Shown here: positions 16,213-23,357 of the stretch, piece after piece
Layout: every line of letters starts with the position of its first letter
How positions within the stretch are numbered: the first letter of the stretch is position 1
NCBI GenBank assembly: GCA_014859615.1
Contig: JACUTX010000002.1
Coordinates: 1 to 35,603, forward strand
Reading direction: 5' to 3'
Source: Desulfuromonadales bacterium
GTDB lineage: Bacteria > Desulfobacterota > Desulfuromonadia > Desulfuromonadales > UBA2294
Length of the DNA stretch: 35,603 nt
The notes under the pieces: model-generated
What the model was told of the DNA's origin: nothing
What the model saw: only the letters and a program-made list of their open reading frames with translations
Database searches by the model: none
Program-made: the position numbers and the translations under genes

Positions 16213-17163
16213 ATGGCAATCGATCTGCTCGATACCCCGCTACGCGTGACCTGGGACCTCTGTTCCCCCGTGCAGCCTGTTTCTGCCGCCGATACGCTCG
16301 AGATTGCAGCGCGTCTGGTTGAAGCACAGCTGTTCTATGTCACCCTGGAGAGGACCCCGCTGCTCCATCCTCTCTTCCGGGATGTGGCGACAACACTTGC
16401 CGCTGCCGGTTGTCAGCTCCTTGTGACCTGCTGCGGCTCTGTTGCCGAATTAAGTGAGCTCAAAGAGCTGCCGGATCATTCCCAGCTCCTGCTCGATGTC
16501 GGCGGCTTTGTGACGACTGATGGGGTTGACTTCACAGCGCTGGAACAGACCTGCTCTACGCTATGCAAGCGGGGGGTAAACTACGGACTGACCCTCACTC
16601 CGACCCCGGAAAGACTCGGTATGATCGGGGCTCTCCTCCGGTTTTGTCTCCATCGTCAGATTCCGCGTTTTAAGTTGCCGAATATGCGTATTAATGATAA
16701 TTTTTCGCCAACGTTGCGCAGCGACCTGCTGCACGCCGGGGATATTGAACGTTTTCGTCAACTTGCGGTCGATTTTCCTGATTTTAGTGGCGAGCTTCAG
16801 CTCGATGTGCACGATCTTTTTCTCTGGGAGATCCTGTTCCCAAACGGAGGCGCTCCCCGGAGTGAATACGGTGGATGTCAGGCGGCAAACAGTCTGGCGC
16901 ATATTGACTGCACAGGAATCGTTCACCCCTGTCTCTCATGGCCGCAACCGCTCGGCTCACTTTTGAGAGATTCTTTTTATGCAATCTGGCAGGATGTGCC
17001 CAGGCAGAAGATCCGGGATTCTATTGCTGTAACTCCGGACGGATGTCAAAGATGTCGCGATTATAGTCTCTGTTTTGGCGGCTGTCGCGGTCTCTCCCGT
17101 CTCGAAGAGTTGTGGCAGGGGCGTGATCTGATGTGTGCAGGGGAGTGCAAACTGTCTGACTGA
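16213..17163 (+). CDS. SPASM-domain protein, a radical SAM paralog lacking the SAM-binding cluster
   Basis: The N-terminus aligns with the upstream enzyme (PLRVTWDLCSPVQPVS versus PLTFNWTLSFRCNFSCQHCY), but CxxxCxxC is gone and GGGEPLL has become TLERTPLL. The C-terminal SPASM cysteines are intact (GGCQAANSLAHIDCTGIVHPC ... CQRCRDYSLCFGGC ... CAGEC). Confidence 0.8.
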   Translation: MAIDLLDTPLRVTWDLCSPVQPVSAADTLEIAARLVEAQLFYVTLERTPLLHPLFRDVATTLAAAGCQLLVTCCGSVAELSELKELPDHSQLLLDVGGFVTTDGVDFTALEQTCSTLCKRGVNYGLTLTPTPERLGMIGALLRFCLHRQIPRFKLPNMRINDNFSPTLRSDLLHAGDIERFRQLAVDFPDFSGELQLDVHDLFLWEILFPNGGAPRSEYGGCQAANSLAHIDCTGIVHPCLSWPQPLGSLLRDSFYAIWQDVPRQKIRDSIAVTPDGCQRCRDYSLCFGGCRGLSRLEELWQGRDLMCAGECKLSD

Positions 17164-17199
17164 AATCTTTTAATGTTAATTTAAATGGAAATCCATTTT

Positions 17200-18354
17200 A
17201 TGCTGATTTATCTCGACAATTCAGCCACCTCCTTTCCAAAGCCGGAAGCGGTTTACAGGGCTGTCGATAGCGCTTTTCGTGACTGTGGCGCCAATCCGGG
17301 CCGCGGCGGTCATCGCATGTCTCTGGATGCCTCCCGTCTGGTCTTTTCTGCCCGCGAGACCATCGCCGATTTTTTTTCGATTGCTGATGCTTCACGATTG
17401 ATCTTTACCTCGGGAGCGACCGAGGCGATCAATACGGCGCTGTTCGGTCTTCTGAATCCCGGTGATCATGTGGTCACCACGGCTATGGAGCACAACTCTG
17501 TCCTCAGGCCGCTTCGCGTTCTGGAAAAATCCGGCGTTTCGCTCTCAATCGTTGATGCTGACGCATCCGGCTCTGTTTCTGCTTCGTCGATAGCAGCCGC
17601 CTGCACCGACGCCACCCGGATGGTTGTGATGACTCACTGTTCCAATGTCACCGGGACTTTGATGCCGATTGAGACGGTGGGCGAATTTTGCCGGGGGAAA
17701 AATCTGCTTTTTTTGGTTGATGCCGCCCAGACGGCGGGGCATATTCCGATTGATGTCGATGCCTTGGGGGTCGATCTTTTGGCTCTTCCAGGACACAAGG
17801 GTCTGTTTGCACCACCCGGTATCGGTTGTCTCTACGTACGGGAAGGGGTGCCGCTGCGTCCGCTGATACATGGCGGGACCGGGGGACAGTCGGAACAGGA
17901 CGAGATGCCCCTGCAGATGCCGGAACGCTTTGAAAGCGGAACCCTCAATACCCCCGGGATTGCCGGACTTAAAGCTGGTATCGAATTTATTACCGAAGTC
18001 GGTCTCAATGCGATTATGGCTCATGAACAGCAGCTGGTCGACCTGCTGGTGCGTGGTTTAAACTCTATTGATGGCGTGACGGTCTATGGCAAAGCCGGCA
18101 GCGGTCACCACGGGGGGGCCGTCTCATTTACCTGCCAAAACAGGGATCCATCCGAGATCGGCTTTATTCTCGATCAGGACTATGACATCATGGTCAGGGT
18201 CGGTCTGCATTGTGCCCCTGGTGCCCACCGGATGATCGGGACTTTTCCGGCCGGGACGGTTCGGGTCAGTCCCGGTTACTTTACGACAATTGATCAGATC
18301 GAACTGTTGATTCAGGCAGTTCATAAGATTTCTCTCGGCCAGAATCGATTTTGA
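17200..18354 (+). CDS. Class V aminotransferase-fold cysteine desulfurase family protein
   Basis: N-terminus IYLDNSATSFPKP. PLP-lysine context LPGHKGLFAPPG. Catalytic Cys loop VRVGLHCAPGAH. Start is ATG 17200 (MLIYLDN) or 17185, and neither has a clear SD. Confidence 0.88.
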   Translation: MLIYLDNSATSFPKPEAVYRAVDSAFRDCGANPGRGGHRMSLDASRLVFSARETIADFFSIADASRLIFTSGATEAINTALFGLLNPGDHVVTTAMEHNSVLRPLRVLEKSGVSLSIVDADASGSVSASSIAAACTDATRMVVMTHCSNVTGTLMPIETVGEFCRGKNLLFLVDAAQTAGHIPIDVDALGVDLLALPGHKGLFAPPGIGCLYVREGVPLRPLIHGGTGGQSEQDEMPLQMPERFESGTLNTPGIAGLKAGIEFITEVGLNAIMAHEQQLVDLLVRGLNSIDGVTVYGKAGSGHHGGAVSFTCQNRDPSEIGFILDQDYDIMVRVGLHCAPGAHRMIGTFPAGTVRVSPGYFTTIDQIELLIQAVHKISLGQNRF

Positions 18355-18367
18355 TAAGGAGGATTAG

Positions 18368-18646
18368 ATGATTCGTTTCATTTTGACTCTGATTGTTGCA
18401 GCCGTTCTGCTGACTGCGTGTGCGTTGCCACCAGAACGGCCGGTGACGCGTGAAGAGCTGATGCAGACCCGTATTTACCAAACCTTTGTCATCGTCGAAT
18501 CACCCGAGCAGATACTGGCTCTTTTGAACAGCTATGGAGAGGCGGTTCTTCTGGCGAAACGGAACATCCCCGGCAAGGATTACCCGGTGCATGTCAAATT
18601 GTTAGCAACCTCAGAAGGGATTGAAATTTCTGATTATGATCGCTAG
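18368..18646 (+). CDS. Small lipoprotein, function unknown
   Basis: 92 aa with lipobox LLTAC, preceded by AAGGAGG. No family recognised. Confidence 0.55.
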   Translation: MIRFILTLIVAAVLLTACALPPERPVTREELMQTRIYQTFVIVESPEQILALLNSYGEAVLLAKRNIPGKDYPVHVKLLATSEGIEISDYDR

Positions 18647-18660
18647 GAGATAATAGACTG

Positions 18661-19974
18661 ATGATAAAATCGTATCTGCTCGATACCAATGTTCTGTTGC
18701 ACGACCCTCAGGCTCTCTTCAAGTTTGCTGATAATAATCTGATTATCCCGATCACCGTCATCGAAGAGATCGATCGGTTTAAAAAGGATCTGAACGAAAC
18801 AGGACGCAATGCGCGTTATGTCTCCAGGGTTCTCGATGGTTTGCGCCGACAGGGGCAGCTGATCAAGGGGGTTCCTCTCGACGTCGGGGGGACGCTGCGG
18901 GTTGTATTGCATACCGGCAGTGCGATGGATCGTCTCCCGCCGGAACTGGTTGACGATCGCGGTGACAACCGGATATTGGCTGTTGCTCTCGATCTTAAAG
19001 AGAAGGGTGAAAATCCGGTCTTTGTGACCAAGGATACCAATCTGCGGATCAAAGCGGACGCGCTCGGACTGACTGCTGAAGACTATTCTTCCGATAAAGT
19101 CGATGTTGACGATCTCTATTCCGGTTACACCGATGTGCTGGTCGACAAGGCAGAGATCGATCGATTCTTTGAAGCGGGTTGTCTCGATCTGGAGGGGGAT
19201 TATCAACCGAATCAATTTCTGACCTTGACCGATTCGTCGAATCCGTCGCATACGGCACTCGGTCGTTATAATCTGACCATGCGGCGTGTTGTGCCCTTGA
19301 TTCCATTACCGAAAGAGGGGATATGGGGGATACATTCCCGTAATCGCGAACAGCAGTTTGCTTTTGATCTGTTGATGAATGATGATATCCAGCTGGTCAG
19401 TCTGGTCGGGAAGGCCGGTACCGGGAAAACCTTGCTGGCGATTGCTGTCGGTTTGCATAAATCTGCCGATGAAGGGGCTTACACCCGTCTGCTCGTTTCA
19501 CGTCCGGTCTTTCCTCTCGGCAAAGATCTCGGTTTTTTGCCCGGTGATATCGAAGAGAAGCTGGCTCCCTGGATGCAACCGATTTTCGATAATGTTGAAT
19601 TGCTCCTCGGCAGTGTCGATGAACAGGGGAAGCGCAAGCGTGGGTATAAGGAGCTGGTCGATCTCGGCCTGCTCGAAATTGAAGCGCTGACCTACATTCG
19701 CGGACGATCGATCCCGAAACAGTACCTGATTGTCGATGAAGCCCAAAATTTGACGCCGCATGAAATTAAAACCATTGTGACCCGGGCCGGTGAGGGGACC
19801 AAAGTCGTTTTGACCGGCGACCCCTACCAGATTGACAATCCCTACGTCGACTCGTCGAGCAACGGCCTGACTTATCTGGTCGAAAAGTTCAAAGGGCAGG
19901 AGATCTCGGGACATATTACGCTGAGCAAAGGGGAACGTTCCCCGCTTGCTGAACTTGCGGCAAACTTACTTTAA
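18661..19974 (+). CDS. PIN domain-PhoH ATPase fusion (YlaK-like PhoH family protein)
   Basis: N-terminal PIN-like segment (YLLDTNVLLHDP ... IPITVIEEID ... DNRILAVAL). C-terminal PhoH P-loop NTPase (VSLVGKAGTGKTLLA, LIVDEAQNLTPHE, VVLTGDPYQID). Confidence 0.9.
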   Translation: MIKSYLLDTNVLLHDPQALFKFADNNLIIPITVIEEIDRFKKDLNETGRNARYVSRVLDGLRRQGQLIKGVPLDVGGTLRVVLHTGSAMDRLPPELVDDRGDNRILAVALDLKEKGENPVFVTKDTNLRIKADALGLTAEDYSSDKVDVDDLYSGYTDVLVDKAEIDRFFEAGCLDLEGDYQPNQFLTLTDSSNPSHTALGRYNLTMRRVVPLIPLPKEGIWGIHSRNREQQFAFDLLMNDDIQLVSLVGKAGTGKTLLAIAVGLHKSADEGAYTRLLVSRPVFPLGKDLGFLPGDIEEKLAPWMQPIFDNVELLLGSVDEQGKRKRGYKELVDLGLLEIEALTYIRGRSIPKQYLIVDEAQNLTPHEIKTIVTRAGEGTKVVLTGDPYQIDNPYVDSSSNGLTYLVEKFKGQEISGHITLSKGERSPLAELAANLL

Positions 19975-20018
19975 ATCAGTCCGTAAACGGCCTTCTTTCA
20001 GAATCGACTTTAAGTTAA

Positions 20019-21029
20019 ATGATTGTTCTGACTCTTGAATCCTCCTGCGATGAAACGGCCGCTGCTGTGGTCGAAAATGGACGGACGATGCGCTCGAATA
20101 TTGTCGCCTCGCAGGTCGATCTCCATGCCCGGTTCGGCGGTGTTGTTCCTGAGGTCGCTTCCAGACAGCATCTGGAAGCGATCACGATGGTTATCGATGC
20201 GGCGCTGGACCAGGCTGGTCTCAAACTTGATGAGATTGAAGGGATCGGGGTGACAGCTGGTCCCGGTCTGATCGGCGCGCTTCTGGTCGGAATCTCTGTC
20301 GGTCAGGCGATCGCCTATGCGCGGCAGATCCCGCTGGTTGGCTTGCATCATATTGAGGGGCATATCCTTGCCCCTTTGCTGGAGCGAGAAATAGCTTTTC
20401 CCTATCTGGCGCTTGCCGTATCGGGCGGTCATACCCACCTTTACCGTGTCGATGGTGTCGGCCTCTACACGACCCTCGGTCAGACCCGCGACGATGCGGC
20501 CGGTGAGGCGTTTGATAAAGTCGCCAAACTGGTCGGGCTCGGTTATCCGGGCGGCGCAAAAATCGACCAATTGGCGTCGCAAGGTGATCCTGAACTGATC
20601 ACCTTTCCGCGGCCGATGTTGCATCGCGGGCTCGATTTCAGTTTCAGTGGCATCAAAACTGCCGTACGTAATTATGTCATAGCTCATCCTGAATCGACTC
20701 AGCCTGAAAACCTGCCCGACCTGGCCGCAGGGTTCCAGGCGGCTGTTGTTGAGGTTTTGACCAAAAAAACTTTTCAAGCTGCAACGGAGAATGGCCTGCA
20801 GCGAATCGTGGTCTGTGGCGGGGTTGCATGCAATCGCGGCTTACGTTTGGCCATGCAGGAGCAGGGGGTGAAAAAAGGGGTGGAGGTTATTTTCCCTTCG
20901 CCTCTACTCTGTGGCGACAATGCAGCAATGCTCGCCGTCGCCGCTGATTATTATCTTTGTAATCAGATCTCAAGTCGGCAGATCAGGGCACGCGCCAGTT
21001 GGCCGCTTGATCTGGTCTCCAGAGGGTAG
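20019..21029 (+). CDS. tsaD: tRNA N6-adenosine threonylcarbamoyltransferase
   Basis: Canonical Kae1/TsaD sequence: MIVLTLESSCDETAAAVV, GLHHIEGH metal site, LAVSGGHTHLY, CGGVACN. Confidence 0.95.
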   Translation: MIVLTLESSCDETAAAVVENGRTMRSNIVASQVDLHARFGGVVPEVASRQHLEAITMVIDAALDQAGLKLDEIEGIGVTAGPGLIGALLVGISVGQAIAYARQIPLVGLHHIEGHILAPLLEREIAFPYLALAVSGGHTHLYRVDGVGLYTTLGQTRDDAAGEAFDKVAKLVGLGYPGGAKIDQLASQGDPELITFPRPMLHRGLDFSFSGIKTAVRNYVIAHPESTQPENLPDLAAGFQAAVVEVLTKKTFQAATENGLQRIVVCGGVACNRGLRLAMQEQGVKKGVEVIFPSPLLCGDNAAMLAVAADYYLCNQISSRQIRARASWPLDLVSRG

Positions 21030-21036
21030 TCCGATT

Positions 21037-21543
21037 ATGTGGCGTTATTGGCCGGTCATCCGGAAGGGAAAGCTGAGTATGATCCGCTTTGCGCGACTCA
21101 GGGCAACTCCGGACGAGATCGCCAAAGGGGCCGCCCTCGGTATTTTTATCGGTATGACGCCGACCTTCGGTTTTCAGATGGCAATCGCCCTGTTTTTCAG
21201 CTGGTTGCTCAAAGAGAATAAAATTGCCGCGGTATCCGCAGTCTGGGTCACTAATCCGGTGACTGCACCATTTATTTATGCGGCTCAGTATGAAACCGGT
21301 CGTATCCTTCTCGGGATGAATCGCTCGACATTCCCGTCTGAGTTGACTTTCGATGCTTTTAAGAGCCTGGGTATGGACATTATGGTGCCACTCTGTTTTG
21401 GCTCACTGCTTCACGCACTCCTCTGGGGCCTGCTCACCTATGCTCTGACCTTGCGTTTTATCCCTGCCTTGCGTATTGCCAAGATCAAACGTTGGCCCCG
21501 TCGTTTGAGCGTCAGACGTCATGACCCGCCTGGAGATGATTGA
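21037..21543 (+). CDS. DUF2062-family membrane protein
   Basis: ATPDEIAKGAALGIFIGMTPTFGFQMAIALFF followed by further hydrophobic helices. ATG 21037 is the first start after the tsaD stop, whereas the track start at 20911 is inside tsaD. Confidence 0.7.
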   Translation: MWRYWPVIRKGKLSMIRFARLRATPDEIAKGAALGIFIGMTPTFGFQMAIALFFSWLLKENKIAAVSAVWVTNPVTAPFIYAAQYETGRILLGMNRSTFPSELTFDAFKSLGMDIMVPLCFGSLLHALLWGLLTYALTLRFIPALRIAKIKRWPRRLSVRRHDPPGDD

Positions 21544-22394
21544 TGACTGAGACTTACCGCGCCAAAAAACGGTATGGACAACATTTTTTGCATGAACGTA
21601 AATTTATCGATGATATTCTCAAGGCCGCTCAACTGACCGGGACAAGCCGGGTGCTTGAGATCGGGCCAGGTCTCGGCGCTCTGACCGATCCGCTGCTTCT
21701 CTGCGGGGTTCATCTGCTGGTTATGGAGGTTGATCGGGATATTGTCGCCCGATTCCGTCAGCGTACCGAGCCGAATCTTCAGGTTCACGAAGGTGACGCC
21801 TTGCGTCTCGACTGGCGCTCAATTCTGTGCGAACCCCCCTATACCCTGATATCTAATCTCCCTTACAATATTTCGAGTCAAATTCTGTTTCGCCTGCTGG
21901 ATGAACGGGATCTGTTTATTCGGGCTGTTCTTATGTTTCAAAAGGAAGTGGCGGACCGAATTGTTGCCAGGCCCGGCTCGCGTAATTACGGAATTCTGTC
22001 GGTTCTCAGCCAACTCTATTTTGATGTCAGACGCGTGGTGGCTGTTCCGTCCGGCGCCTTCACTCCAGCGCCGAAGGTCGACTCGGCGGTCATTGAATTA
22101 ATCCCTCTGGCGGCGCCACGTTATCCGATGGAAGATGAGCTGTTTCTGCGCCGTGTCGTCAAGGCTGCTTTTGCGCAGCGCCGCAAAACCTTGCGCAACA
22201 GTTTGCGGACCGCCGGTTTTTCAGCCGAAGAGATCGCATCCGCCGCAGAAGTTGTCGGAATCGATCTGACCCGGCGCGGTGAAACCCTGGCTCTCAATGA
22301 GTTCACTTCGCTGGCCGACACGCTGTTGGCGCAAGGGGCGGGTCGCCCCGATCAGGAGGATAAACCGACAAAAAAAGGTTCTTTTTATGAATGA
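21540..22394 (+). CDS. rsmA: 16S rRNA (adenine1518/1519-N6)-dimethyltransferase
   Basis: KKRYGQHFL N-terminal signature, SAM-binding VLEIGPGLGALT, NLPYNISS motif. 4-nt overlap with the upstream gene. Confidence 0.95.
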   Translation: MMTETYRAKKRYGQHFLHERKFIDDILKAAQLTGTSRVLEIGPGLGALTDPLLLCGVHLLVMEVDRDIVARFRQRTEPNLQVHEGDALRLDWRSILCEPPYTLISNLPYNISSQILFRLLDERDLFIRAVLMFQKEVADRIVARPGSRNYGILSVLSQLYFDVRRVVAVPSGAFTPAPKVDSAVIELIPLAAPRYPMEDELFLRRVVKAAFAQRRKTLRNSLRTAGFSAEEIASAAEVVGIDLTRRGETLALNEFTSLADTLLAQGAGRPDQEDKPTKKGSFYE

Positions 22395-23265
22395 AATCAT
22401 TGCAAAAGTAAATGGACAACCGATCCGTAAAATGGATCTGGACAACACGATTCAAGGTTTTTCTCTGGAGCGGTACCGGAAAACGGCGGATCAGCTGACA
22501 GCGGCGCAACGCGCTGAACTGCATGAACTCGCTCTGGAAAAACTGCTGGCACGAGAGCTTATTTTTCAGGAAGCGATGGCTTGTGGTATTGTTGCCGAAG
22601 AGGGAGCGATCGATGCGGAGCGACAGAAAATTGTCGCCAATTTTCCGAGTGAAGACGATTTTTTTGTCACACTGGAGAAGGCCGGTATCGATGCTATGAT
22701 GTATCATCGGATGTTGCGCCAGGATATTACGGTCAATCTGATGACCGATAAAAAACTTCAGGAACTCTGTGATCCGGGCGAAGAAGAGATACAGGAGTTG
22801 TATACAACGCGCAAGGAGCAGATGATCCGCAAGGGGAGGATCCGGGCGAGTCATCTTTTGATCAAGTTTCAAAACGATGATAAAGAGGCGGCCCTGGCGA
22901 CGATCCTGAAGTTAAAGGAACAGGCGACAAGCGAGTCTTTTGCTGCTCTGGCCAGAGAGCATTCAGCCTGTCCGAGTTCTACCGGTGGTGGTGATCTTGG
23001 CTGGTTTCGCAAGGGGGATATGGTCAAACCGTTTGAAGAAGCGGCCATCAATCAAAAGATCGGGATTGTCGGTGGGCCGATTGAAACTCAATTCGGCTAT
23101 CATCTGCTCATGGTCACCGATCGGGAAGAGAACAGTACGTTGACGATCGATGAAGCGCGCCCTCAGATCATCAATGTTCTAAAAGGAGAAGCGGGGAGTC
23201 GACTGATTGCAGCGTGGGTCGAAGAGCTGAAGCGGCGGGCCGTGATCGAATTCATAAAGGACTGA
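22387..23265 (+). CDS. Parvulin-type peptidyl-prolyl cis-trans isomerase (PpiC/SurA-like)
   Basis: SurA-N-like N-terminal part, then a parvulin rotamase domain (RASHLLIKF ... CPSSTGGGDLGWFRKGDMVKPFEEAA ... TQFGYHLLMV). ATG 22387 overlaps the rsmA stop by 8 nt. The track start at 22279 lies inside rsmA. Confidence 0.88.
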   Translation: MNEIIAKVNGQPIRKMDLDNTIQGFSLERYRKTADQLTAAQRAELHELALEKLLARELIFQEAMACGIVAEEGAIDAERQKIVANFPSEDDFFVTLEKAGIDAMMYHRMLRQDITVNLMTDKKLQELCDPGEEEIQELYTTRKEQMIRKGRIRASHLLIKFQNDDKEAALATILKLKEQATSESFAALAREHSACPSSTGGGDLGWFRKGDMVKPFEEAAINQKIGIVGGPIETQFGYHLLMVTDREENSTLTIDEARPQIINVLKGEAGSRLIAAWVEELKRRAVIEFIKD

Positions 23266-23357
23266 TAGCCGTAATAAATCCGGTGAGGTTGTTCGGACTG
23301 TTTATTTGCGGGATAAATCGATTAAAAACTTAGAGCAAGTCTGCATGGAGGCTGGTT

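Noticed and set aside
13645-18354. Selenocysteine recoding (in-frame TGA plus SECIS) near the YedE and desulfurase genes
   Set aside because: All ORFs in the region are continuous from plausible starts to their stops. No pair of adjacent same-frame ORFs is separated by a single TGA, and the small peptide ends in TAA. Nothing here suggests a selenoprotein gene.
23266-23357. Hairpin AATAAATCCG / CGGACTGTTTATT after the PPIase gene as a terminator
   Set aside because: The stem is AT-rich, needs a 3-nt bulge and lacks a clean T-tract. It may still function, but the evidence is too weak to list as a feature.
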